From contig QPMI01000457.1 of NCBI GenBank assembly GCA_004431415.1, positions 248,001-312,000 on the forward strand: 64,000 nucleotides of DNA, read 5' to 3'. A model generated the notes under the pieces. The model saw only the letters and a program-made list of their open reading frames with translations. It did no database searches and had not been told where the DNA came from. The stretch comes from Cyanophora paradoxa CCMP329 (lineage: Eukaryota; Plantae; Glaucophyta). Positions 50,805-62,439 of this stretch are shown here, piece after piece (position 1 is the stretch's first letter; each line of letters starts with the position of its first letter). The position numbers and the translations under genes were made by a program.

Positions 50805-51588
50805 ATGTTCGCAGCACTGCCGCAGCCGGCGCCGCTGGCTCCCTTCGCGCCCCGGCAGCAGAAGGCTGTAGGCCTGCGTAACATCGTCTTCAAGGCCGAC
50901 GACCAGGGCAACTGGCAAGGTCGCCGCGCCCGCCTGGCGCCTCGCCGCGCCGCCGCTGACCCTCCTTGCAGGCGGCTGGAACCAGCTGTAAGCCCTGGCC
51001 GCGCCACCTGCGCTGCCGCTGCCGCTGCCGAGCCGACCGCGCGCGCCTCTCGCTCACACCGCCGGCGCAGGCTGAACGATGACACCGCAAAGCAGTGGCG
51101 CAAGGAGCAGGATGCGGTGCGTTTGGCACCCTCGCGCCGGCTGCGTGCCCCGGCGAACCCGCCGGACCCGCACGTGTAGATTACTTTCGCATCATAGCGA
51201 CGCGGCTCGGGGGCGCGGTCATCTAGATTCGAGCATAGCTTGCAGTGCTAGTCTAGATACCACCAGCCTGGCAGTTCGCTATGAGGCCCGCCTGTCACGG
51301 GCGCCCGCTGCCGTCCAGCCCGGCCGCGCGCGCTCGGGGAGCGACCCCGACGCTGCGTGACCCGGCGCGCGCGCAGGCGATGAAGACGAAGCAGGAGAAG
51401 GGCAACTGCCCGAAGTGCGGCGGCACGGGCCGCGTGAGCTGGTTCTTCAACCTCGGCTTTGCCAAGGCGCGCGCGCCGGCGCCCTTCCCCCGCTTCCTCT
51501 GGGCCTCGCTGACCGTGCCGGGCAGGCGTTCAAGCCGTGCGTGGCCTGCAACGGAACGGGCGACAAGGACTGGATGGACAAGGAGTAG
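50805..51588 (+). CDS. Host small DnaJ-type zinc-finger protein, multi-exon, possible plastid transit peptide
   Basis: CPKCGGTG and CVACNGTG are joined by the GC-AG intron 51467..51525; N-terminus MFAALPQPAPLAPF. Confidence 0.6.
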
Positions 51589-51795
51589 GGCCGGCCGCGG
51601 GCGCCCCCACCCCTCCCCGGCCCCGGGCCCGGAGCCGGAGCCGACCCGCCCGAGCCGGGCCCTATCCCTGCTTGGCCGAGCGGCCGCCCTCCCTCCGGCT
51701 TGTACATGTACGAGTCGAATAGTACGAGGCACATACTGCAGGCTGCAGCTTTCGGCGCGTGCCCGCGGCTGCCTGCGGAGGGGCGGGCGGGCGGC

Positions 51796-53064
51796 CTAGC
51801 TCATGAAGCCCGAGCAGCGGGCGGCGCCGCAGAAGCAGGGGGCCCGCTCCTCCTCGGGCGGGAACTTGTAGTCGTACGTCAGCTCGCCCCCTGCCGGCGC
51901 AGGCGTGAGGCGCACGCCCGCGCCGCGCGCGCCGGGCTCCAGAGGGGGAAGGAAGGCGGACCCTTGGGGATGCGGCGGCCCGAGAAGATGACGACCTTCT
52001 TGCGCCCCTTGTACGTCACCAGCTGCGTGTAGCAGTTCGGCTGCCAGCTCGCCGCGTCAGCGTTTAGAAGAGGAGAGGGGGGGGAAAAGGGGGGTACACG
52101 CGCCTCGCAGGAGTGGTTGATGAAGCGCGCCATGTTCCCCTTCCGCGTCGCGTCGATCTGCGAACGAAGTTCAGGGACGGGGGGGGGTAGGGGGGAGGTA
52201 GCCCGGGTTGGCAGACCACGCGGTTCTCGTCCAGGCGGAACAGGTACGACGAGCGTATCCCCCTGAAGAGGACGACGGGAGGGGGTCAGGACGGGGTACG
52301 TGTTTTTGGTGAAAACAAAAAGACGGGCGGCGGCACCGACGGATGTAGAACTGCTCCATTGGGTCCTCCATCTGCAGGCTGGTTGTCGGGGGTACGCCCG
52401 CGGGGGGGGGGAAGAACTCGCCTCGTTGGGGATGAGTACCCCGACGTACTCGACGAGGGGCTCCTGGGAGGGTAGGTCCCCCTCGGCCTTGACGCCGGCG
52501 CCGTGCATCGGGCTCTTGAAGACCTTCAGGCGGCTCTTGTGCGTCGCCAGCTGCCCGGGCCCGGTCGTCGGGGGGTACAGGAAACGGGGCGGGGGGCGCG
52601 CGCGCCTTCTCCCACTCGTCGTCAGTGAGGTCCTGCATGCGCCTGTAGCGCTCCTGCATGGGCGGGGGCGGCCGCAGCGCCCGCGCCGCCTCCCGCCGCT
52701 CCCGCGCCTGCTCCGAGGCGACGCGGAGCAGCTCGGCGCGCATCTCCTGCACCGAGCGCGCCCGCGCGCATCGCCCGACCTCCAGCTCCGCCTCGGGGGC
52801 CGCCGCCGCCGGCGCCCCGCTCGCCAGCGCCGCCCCCCGAGAGTGCTCCCTCGCCTCCCTGCGGCCGCGGCGCGCTCGGCCCGCTCCGAAGAAATCGCTG
52901 GAAGGAGGGGGGTACGCCGCACTGGACGAGGGCCTCCTCCTTCTTCTTGGCCGCGGCGGAGGCCGCCGCCGGGGCCCTCCGCGCCGCCTGCGGGAGGATT
53001 CAAGAGAAGGCAGGGAGGAAAGGCGGCAGGACGGGGACGCACGGCGCGCGGGGCCGGGCGCCAT
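51796..53064 (-). CDS. Host SET1-like histone lysine methyltransferase (SET + post-SET), multi-exon
   Basis: [46 protein letters not shown] and CFCGAARC. Confidence 0.88.
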
Positions 53065-53114
53065 CGCGCTGCTTTCTGCAGTTTCGAAATCAGCGTCGAG
53101 AGGAGCCGGGTAGC

Positions 53115-55463
53115 CTAGTAGGATGGCGGGCCAGGCACCTCCTCCGGGGGGCGGGACCACGTGACGGCCAGCGGCCAGCGCTGCTTGCGGTACACTGCAG
53201 GGGCGCCTCGGCGAGAGGGATGAGAAGCAGGGCGGGGCGGGCGCCCGCACCGCCGCGGAAGAACCAGTGCGAGCGCATCGCGCGGCGCAGCTCCTCGAAG
53301 AAGTCCGGCGACAGCTGCGCCGAGAATCGGGGCGTGCCTGGGCGGGAGCGCTCGGGGAGGGCGCGCCCTGAAGCAGGGGCCGAGGCGCTCCTCGGCGGCG
53401 CTGAGGATGCCGGCGCGCAGGTTCGCGGCCACCGCCTCGAAGACCGCCTGGTCCACTGCGCAGAGCGGCTGCTCCTCCCCCGCCGCCGCCCGCTCCAGAA
53501 CCGTGCGGGCCCCCGGGCCGGGCGCAGGCGGGCGCGGCGCCGCGGCCGCCCGTGCGTAGAAGGCGGGGGAGGTGGCCGGCGAGCGGGCGGCGCCCCGAAG
53601 CAGCCGGACCTGCCTGACGGGCGTCGGGTGAAGCTCGGGGAGGGGAAGGAAAAGAGACAGAGAGGGGGTTACTGGGCGAAGGCCACGAGAAGCTTTCGGC
53701 GCAGGCGCGTCACGGCTGCGCGGGGTACTGTGGACCGGAGGTGATGGGGCAGGTTGGGGGGGTACGCGAACCTGCAGTCGTGGCCGGGGGTACGGCCGCA
53801 GGCGGGGGCGGGGGCCGGGGCGAGGGGGCCGGGGCCTGGAACGGCACGAGCGCGAAGGGATGCACGGGGGGCGCTGCAAAGGGGGTACGCGTGAGCATCT
53901 ACGGCGAAGACCGGCGCACGGGAGGCGGGGCGGGGCGGCGCACGCGGCTGCATCGGCTCCGGGAGGGGCGCCAGGATCGCGGGGTCCTCCCACCAGCGTC
54001 CCCCGGGCGCGGCGGCCCGCGCCCCGCGGCGGCCCCGCGCCGCGCGCGCCGCGCCGCGTCCGGCGGGGCGGCGGGGCGCATGCCGTCGAACCGCTCGTCT
54101 ACGGAGCGGAGGGGCGTGAGGCGGGGAGAGGGCTGCGGGGGGGCGGGATCGCAGTCGACCGTCGCGGGCGTCGAGGGCGGCGCGGGCGTCCCTGCCCGCC
54201 AGCTCCAGCGCGTCGCTAAATGCCGAGATCGTCTGCAGCTGCGCCGCCCGCTCCGCCGGGTCCGCTGCCGCCCGCAGGGTCAGAGTAGAAAGCAAGAGGG
54301 GGGCGGGACAGGGCGGGCGAGCGCCTTGGGCGGTCGGGTCGATGCGGACGGCGGCGACGGCCTCCTCCAGCTCGACCAGCAGCGCCGCCGTCGCCTCCGC
54401 GCCCCCCGCCGGCAGCCGCGCCAGCGCCCGCGGCGCCGGCGTCGCCGCCGGCTTGCCCTTGCGGGCCGGCGGCGGCGGGGGCATCCCGGCCGCCCCGGAG
54501 CGGAACGGGGCCGGCGGGGGCAGGCCCGGCACTGTGGCGGCCCTCAGAAGAAGAATCCGCCTCGGAGCGCGCGAGGAGGGGCGGGCCCTGGGCGGCGAGG
54601 TCGTAGAAGGCGGCCTCGCAGTCGAGGGGCGTCGCCTCCCGCCCGACGTGCCGCGCCGTCGCCTCCCAGTCGAACAGGTGCAGGCAAACCCCGTCTGCGC
54701 GCCGAGCTCGTCGCCGAGAGGAGCGGGGAGCTCGAGGCGCGGGGCTGGGCGCGCCGAGGAGCGCGAGGAGGTCGTAGGGGTCCCAGACGAAGCGGCCGTC
54801 CGCGAGCCGCGTCGAGCGGTCCACCTGCGGCCGGCCGAGTCGCAGACGATCCCATCGGGAGGGCGGCGAGGCGCGCGACCGCGCACCGCCTCCTCCGCGT
54901 CGCCGGAGCTCAGCACGGGCGCGCGGACGACGGGGTGCGCGCGCGTGTGCCCGCCGCCCTCGTGCCCCGCCTCGTAGCAGTCTCCGCACAGGTCGTAGTC
55001 CACGCACGCGAGGCTGCGGGCGCGCCGCGGCGGTCGCGGGCGCGCTCAGCACCTGCTCCCGGCAGCGGCAGAGAGAAGCGCGTCACGGCGAGACGCGAGC
55101 ATGCGCAGACCACTTGAAGCGAACGGCAAAGATGGGCCTCGAGCATCCTGCGGGTTTACAGCGCGCGATCAGCGGCGCTCGAGCGCCTTGGGCGTCGGTT
55201 CTCGCGCCATCGCAGTGGAAGTCGGGCTGCAGGCCCGAGCGCGCGATGGGGACCTCCAGGTACGGCTGACCCTTCTCGTCGATGCCGTACACGCCTGCGA
55301 ACGCGCAAAGTAGTCGGCGCGGCGGCCCGGGAGCGCGTTCGGCCGGTGCACCTTCCTCCTCATCGTACGCGTCGCTTTCGGAGTACGCCTCGCTCTCCTC
55401 TTCGCTGCTCGAACTGGAGCTCTCCGGCGGCGGCGAGGGCGGGCGCTTGCGGGCGCGGGGCAT
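53115..55463 (-). CDS. Host ZZ zinc-finger protein, multi-exon
   Basis: Spliced HCDGCSRPI...RFKCLACVDYDLCGDCY...HTRAH; acidic N-terminus. Confidence 0.65.
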
Positions 55464-55616
55464 TGCGATCTCTACCGCTGCGGCGAAATCGGGAGAAGCC
55501 AAAGCGACCCAGCGGGAATTCGAAGGCGCCGCTAAGTATACGAATCTGCAGCTGCAGCTAAGCTTCCGAGGCCAGACGATAGCGCGCGTCCATTGAGCGT
55601 CGCTTGAACGTTGACC

Positions 55617-56518
55617 ATGCCGCTTTTCGTGGCGCCGGCCGGCGCGCTGGCAACGGTGAGCGCGCTTGGGCCATCCCGCTTTGGACCGGTTCGTTAGCTA
55701 TAAGCGATGTAACTGCCGTGCCGAATGCCGCCGGCGATCTGCGAGGGCCGCGCGGCGGCGGCGGGAAGTGCACGTGCCCCGCATGCACGCGACCGCCAGA
55801 TGTCGACCCACAGCTGACGCGCGCTCGTTCGACGCAGGACTGCACACGGGTCCAGTTCTTCGGGAAGCCGCCGCCGAATTCGAACTCCTGCGGACACGAG
55901 CGGCGCCCAGCGTCGAGCAGGCGCGCGGGGCGAGCTGGTGTGGCGGCCTCGGCACCTTTGGCATCGGCCGAGCGGAAGCCCGCAGAAGAGGATACGGCCT
56001 CGAGCCCGAAGGGATCGAGCCCCGGCGCTCCGGCCGCGGCCGCCGCCTCCGGTTCCACGTCGACCGTGCCCTTCGCCCTCCCGAGCCTCTCCGAGTCTCA
56101 GAAGGGCATCCTCAAGGTGCTTCAGCGCGCGCGCTCGCCTCCCTGGGCCCTCTCTGAGCGGCGGCCCTGACCTCCGGCAGTGCCCGCACTGCTACGGCGC
56201 CGGCAAGTGCCCCTGCGCCACATGCCAGGGCAACGGCAAGGCGCGCGGCCCGCCCCCCGGCCTTGAACCCCGGGCCCCTCATTGCGAGCGCCTTCCGTCA
56301 GGTCTTCCGGACGGTGGAGGGGATGCGCCAGGGCTACTTGTGCCAGGCCTGCGAGGGAGAGAAGATCGTGCGCCCCGACGGGCCGAGCCCGCTCGAGATC
56401 GAAGCCCCCGAGATCTGACCTGAGCTCACCCCCCGCGCAGATCCGCTGCCCGATCTGCCACGGGACGGGCATAGACCTGGGGTGGGAGCACCACCTCTAC
56501 AACACCGGCTGGAAGTGA
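55617..56518 (+). CDS. Host DnaJ-type zinc-finger protein (four CxxCxGxG-like repeats), multi-exon
   Basis: CPHCYGAG, CATCQGNG, CQACEGE and CPICHGTG across GT-AG and GC-AG introns. Confidence 0.7.
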
Positions 56519-56595
56519 CCGCGGCGGCCCCTCGAGCTCCAGGATGCCGGCATTAAGATCTTTTACATGAACGCTTTGTCTACAATGCACATCTA

Positions 56596-58279
56596 TCAAT
56601 CGGTCCTGCAGAAGCGGATGGCCTCGCGGCCGACGGCGAGCCAGCCGGCCCGCGGCGCCCGCGCGAAGAGCTCCACGCAGGCCGGCCCGGGCCCCGGGCC
56701 CCCGCCCCCGCCCAGGACCGAGCGCGCCAGGTCCCGCAGGAGGTCTGCAGAGGCGGCTCAGGGCGGGCGCGGTAGGGGTCTCAGAACGGAGGGGGTACCG
56801 TGGATCGGGGGCTTGCGGGAGTGGCCCTGGGGAAGGGGCTCAGGCGCGGGTGGGCGGAGGGGAGGGGGTACACGGACCGTGGGGACACTGCAGATGACCA
56901 GGTCCGTGGGAAGGTCCGGGCCCGGGGCGGGGGGTAGGGCGGAATCGGGGGCCGGCGGGTCGGAGGGGGGTACGACGGCGAGGAAGAGGGGCTCGTAGGG
57001 TCGCCGGTGGGCGCCGTCGACGGGGTACACCGGCGCGCCATCCGCCCCGACCTGCGAACGCCTCAGCTGGGCCTGTCTTGGGGCGGGTCGGGGGCACGCG
57101 CACCTTGAGCCAGTGCCAGAGGCCCCAGGGGCGGGCGCCCCAGCGGGGGAAGAGCTCTTCGAGGAGGAATTTGTGGTACAGGGGCCGGTTCGTGACCCAC
57201 ACCGCCGCCAGGCACCCCCGCGGCCCCGCGAGGCGCGGGAGAGGTACCGAGAGCAGCTGCCGGTGGTCCACCGTCCCGTACCTGTACCCCCTGAGCGGGA
57301 CGAAGCAAAAGGGAGAGGGGTACTGGACAACGCACTGTCGACCGCGGGCGACGCTCTTGTTCTCCCACGGAGGATCCATCAACACAATGGAGGCGCCGCC
57401 CGGCGGCCGTGCTGCGAGGGCGGGGTCGGGATCGGGGCCTGCGGGGCGCGCGCGCGCGCGGGGGCCGGCCCCTGCAGCGCACCGCAGCGCAGGAGCAGCT
57501 CGGGGTCGAAAGCGTCGCCCTGCATGTGGGCCGCTGGGATCAATTTCAAATCAGAGAGCGGCGGCGGCGGGGCGCACGAGGAGGAAGGCGGAGCGCGGGG
57601 GCAGCGCGAAGCGGCCCCCGAAGGCCCCGAACCGCGCGTCACCATCCCCCGCGTTCTCCACGAGCCGGTCCGCCGGATCCGGCACCAATGCTTCCGCGTC
57701 GTTCTCGCCCCCAGCTGCTGCGAGGCGCGCTCGAGATGGAATGGGCGGCGTGTGCGGCGCAGACGGCGCACTTGGCTGGAGGGCGATGGGCGGGAGCGGC
57801 GAGTCGCCGCTTCGCGCCTGCCGCGCAGCAGAGGCTGCAAAGACGAGGTCGATCTCCGCGCGCTCCCGCGCCTCGCCGCCGCGCTCCCGCTCGCCCTCGA
57901 GCTCCTCGCCTCGCTTGCTCCCCTCTCGCAGCAGGCGGGACCACTCCGGCCAATGCGAAGCGAGCGCCTTCTCGCAGAAGCGCACAACCGGCTCGGGCGG
58001 GGCCGCGTACGGCACCATCGGCGCCGTCGCCTCGCTGCCAGCTGCAGCCTTCTTCCGCCGCTTCTTCGGGCGCTTGCGAGGCTCTGCGCCGGCATCGAAG
58101 CCGCCACCGTGCCCCTCGGATTCCGCTGCTGGGCTCGCGGAGGCGCTCGCTTTGCCAGGCGGGCCACGGGAGTACTCGATCGGCGGCCGCCAGGTCATAA
58201 AGCCACAACAATCGTCCGAGCTCCTCACAAACACCGCGCTGCAATCGTCCGTGAAGCTGTAGAGCCCCGGCGGACCCAT
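56596..58279 (-). CDS. METTL4: Host MT-A70 family adenine methyltransferase (METTL4-like), multi-exon
   Basis: MDPPWENKS, VWVTN, WHWLKV, RPYEPL, HSRKP and ELFAR. Confidence 0.85.
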
Positions 58280-58371
58280 GAGCTCCGGCTGGCTTTCTGG
58301 ACCCGGTGGGAGTCGAACAGCGATCTCGGAGGCGGCTGCGAACGCGGCCGGCGAAAAAGAGTGCCGCAGCG

Positions 58372-60222
58372 ATGTTCTCCATGCTGCGCTCGTCGCCGTC
58401 GGAGCGACCAGCTCCACCGGGAGGCACCGGAGATGTGAGCCCGCCCGCCGGCCGTCGCGCGGCTTCCCCGCTGACCCTGGCGCCCTTCTCGCGGCAGGCC
58501 TTCACGGCGTACGTGCGGGAGGAGCTCATGACCATCGGCCAGGTGCCCGGCGGCGGCCTGCGGTTTGATCCGTTTCGCTGATCCCACCATGCCGTCGCGC
58601 CTCTGCAGGAGGTCGCGGAGCTCCAGCGGGCGCTACAGGAGGCACAGAAGCTCAGCGAATCGAAGGACATGCTCATAGCAGAGCTGCGGGGCGAGCTTCG
58701 GACGCTCCTCGCCGAGGCGGAGAGGTTGAAGGAGGCAGTGGAGGACGCGAAGAGCGGGAAAAACCCGGAGGGCTTCCAGTACAACCCAGCGTCGTACAAC
58801 TCCGCGAACATCCAGCGGCTCCTCACCACGCCCGCGGCCGCGCCCCCGCCCCCTCCTCCTCCACAGACGCGGCAAGCCCCCGCGCCGCAGCCCGGCGGCT
58901 TCATGTCCTGTGCGTGCATGCTCCTTAGCTACGAGCCGCGCGCCGCTCACCCGCCGCGGCGGCAGTCTTCAGCAGCGAGGCGCCCGAGACCGAGCGGAGG
59001 GTGCTCTCGGATCGATCCTTGCACAATGCAGCCGGCGGGCAGTCCGTGCACGGCCCCCGCGTGGCCAACCTGCGCGTCATGGGCTACCCGCAGCGCAAGT
59101 GCGCGCCGCCGCCCCCGCCCCCGCGGCGCCGCCGCGCCCGGCCTGACCGCCCTCCGAACGACAGCGAGCCGCTGCGGGCGGCTGCGGACGTTTCGGGGAC
59201 GGCCATTTGGACGTGGTTCAGGAAGCGGGAAGGCAGGCAAGACTACGAAGTCATCCAGGGTCCGCGCGCCGCCCCGCCCCCGGCGAGGCGTCGTAAGAGC
59301 GCTCACGGGGAGCCCTCGGCAGGCGCGAACGCGTCGGAGTACATCCCCTCGCTGGACGACCTCGGCTGCTCGCTGCAGGTGCGTCGCGCTTCCTTTCCCT
59401 CCTTCCCCCGGCCGACGCGCTCCTTTTCCTCCGCGGGGCAGGTGGGAGTCCAGGCGGTGGGGGCGGACGGCTCGCGCAGCGACATGATGCGCGTCGACGC
59501 CGGCTCGCTCCCCTCGGACTCCTCCTTCGAGACCGCCGCCCAGGAGTACTGGAACAAGGGCCGCGTCGACTTCTCCACGGTGGCCCCCTCCCGCCGGGCC
59601 CCCCCGGCCCCGCTCTCGCGGCAGCAGCTCACGCCGCGCCTCCCCCCATCAGCTGCGGGCGAAGGAGGCGGGCCAGCTCGTGCAGAAGACGCTCACGCTG
59701 AAGCGGGACCAGGTGCCGCCGAAGCGGCCCCGCCCTCGGCCAGGCCCCCGAACTCCGGCCCACACGCTCGCGCGCTCGCGCGCCGCCAGATCTCGATCAA
59801 GAAGACGAAGGCCGCGAAGCTGGGCCGCACCGACAAGCTCGTCTTCCCCTACAACAAGTGCCAGGCGCGCGGGGCGCCCTCCGCCCCGCGGACGCCGTGT
59901 GCCCCCCACCCACCCCTGACCCGGAACCACCCCCCCCCCCCCCCCCCCCCCGGGAGCAGTGCCAGGCGAACGCGGCGAACGCGGCGGAGTTCGGCATCGC
60001 GACAACGGACGGCAAGCGCTTCGAGTTCCTCGCCGGCAACCCGCAGGCGAGCCCGCGAGCCCCCCGCGCGCCCGGCAGCTCGAGACGGGGTCGCATGCTG
60101 CGAAGCCGCGCCCCACCTGCTTTGCCTGACCCTGGCCGGCCCGCCCGGCCCCGCAGGAGCGGGACTTCGTCATCTTCTGCTTCCGCCGCTTCCAGCAGAT
60201 GGCCATGGGCGGCCGCCGGTGA
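58372..60222 (+). CDS. Host coiled-coil + Ig-like + PH-like protein (SCAB/AIR9-repeat-like), multi-exon
   Basis: Coiled coil, WTWFR...IQGANASEYIPSLDDLGCSL and C-terminal ERDFVIFCFRRF. Confidence 0.55.
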
Positions 60223-60698
60223 CCCGGGCCCGCCCCGAGCTCCCCCGCGCCGGGCCCCGCCGCCCGTGCCTGTACGTATAGTTGTATTCACGGCCGTCCC
60301 CCTCATCCTCCTCTCCCCAATATACATCGGATCCTTATTCGAGGCACTTCGTTCACGAGGGGGCGTCGACCGCGGACGCGCGGGCGTCTTCCGTGGGGCC
60401 GGGGGACGTGGGGCCGACGTCGGGGTTGGGGTGGGGGTCCGAGTGGAATCCCGTACCCCAGAAGAAGAAGCGGGGGAGGAGGATCCGGAGAAGGGTGGAG
60501 CTCGGAGGGGGGAAGGGGTTTGTCGGGGGGGGGGGGGGGGGGGTGGAGCTCGGAGGGGAGGGGGGAGGGGGACGGGGAATGATGTCAACATTCAGTTATA
60601 ATTATACATAATTATGTCGGTGAATGTCGTATGAAGGGTGGCGCCAAAGCTGCACTCGCATGTTACATCGGCTGCAAGCGGGGTACACAATCGGAATG

Positions 60699-61677
60699 TT
60701 ATGCACCTGCAGGGCGGCCCATGCGTCTGTCGCGGCGTACAGTTTCTGCGCATGCGCGGAGATTCAGAATGCAGACGACTGAGTCGAAGGACCGACGACG
60801 CCGGACCTGCTCATGGGTGAGCTCTGGTATCCCCCAGTAACGGTGCAGCATGTAGTCCGGCTCGGGGGAACGCATGAGGGTCCGCAGATCCGCGACCCCG
60901 AATCCTTTTGAGGGGTTAGCTAGATGTAGAGTTCTTGAAAAGTGCGAGTTCCGGGACGCACCCAGCAGGCTCTGGCAGGCCGCCGACAGCCCCATGGGTT
61001 TGCCATTGGAGCCGTTTTTCAACTGAATCTAATCGCGATGCCCCGCGGAAAATGTGAGGCACGCGTACGGTGGGGGGATGAACAGCAGACGCACCTGCTT
61101 GAAATTCTGGGGAGTAATGTGGTAGTGCGTTGCCAGTTTCGCGGCATCCTGCCGGCAGTGGGAGGCGGCTCAGCTGCAGGTGGCGGCAGAGGTCTCGCTC
61201 GCCATTGCTGATTGCACTCACCGCCTGAGAGTTGAAGCCGATCTTCCTCACTTGGCCGTCCATTAAAATATCGCTGTGCTATAAATTAGAAGCGAAAGCA
61301 TGAGAGAACCGCAAGCTGAAAGCTTAAGGGAGCTTACCGAAGCGCGTGCGGCAGCTCGTACCTCGTCATACACACGCGCCAAAGAACACAAAAGCGTTGT
61401 GTGGCGGTTTGAATAAGGGCCGGCGGGTTGTCATCGCCTTTGTTCTGTTTTACATATGGCATAAGTACTAGTACTGTACATGTACATGTACATGTTCGAG
61501 GCTTGCAATGAGTACCTGATCGGCAACCCACTCGAGGTCCAAACCAATTTCGAATGCGTTGTCCTGGCTCATCTCGTCGTATAGCCAGTCCCTGGCGTTG
61601 AACGCTTGAGCCCCGACGCGATCCACGACGAAGATCTCCCCGTCAAAGGTGCGCGTCAAGTAGTTCATCTTCTTCAA
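60699..61677 (-). CDS. Host WRN/EXD2-like 3'-5' exonuclease, multi-exon, boundaries uncertain
   Basis: IGLDLEW, PALIQTAT, LPHAL and ILMDGQVRKIG pieces in the expected order. Confidence 0.55.
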
Positions 61678-62439
61678 TTGGGCTTAAGGCTTAGCTGCTG
61701 CGTACTAATCGTGAACCCGCGCGCGGCGCGGCGCGGCGCCGGCCGGCTTACGCGTCGAATCGGCCGTGCGGCGTTGAACGGTTTACCGATCGCTCGAATC
61801 GTCTGACTCGATATCACACGCGTCGAATGCTCGCGACCAGTGTCGATGCGAGCGCTCGCTTGGGACCGCGGTGAGCAATGGGACCACGCTGGACGATGTC
61901 GACGCTCTAGCTACGACGCACGACAGCCCTTGTGATGCTGTTGCTGACCGGCTATAGCTAGCTGACGGCTAGCGACGGCCCTAGGCCTGCGCGAGGCCTG
62001 CGTATACCTATACCCCTGCCGGCCGACACACGTACCCGTGCCTAGCTCAGCTGAGTCAGCGCCAGCTCCGCGCGCGGGGATCCGATATCGATATCGATGA
62101 TCGATGATGCGCATCCGGATCCGCCTGGCCATGGCGGCCCTTCCGGAAGGGGGGGGCGCGCTGCGGCTGCGCCGGCGCGTACGCGTCTCGCCGCGGGCGC
62201 GGCCAGCCGGCGCCGGCGGCGGGCACTCAATAAGTGAGCGATGTACATCTTCACGCACAATTCGATACCGTGCGATCATGGGCACGTTCAAAACGATCGA
62301 TGAAAGCCTGTATTTCTCGATAAACTGCCTAGAGCGAAACCCTACCGCGAGCTAACAGATAACGTACAGCGAGCAGTGGATGGGAAAAGAGGGGCGCAGG
62401 GGAGAGGAAGGGGGGGAAATGCGGGGAGGATGTGGGGGG

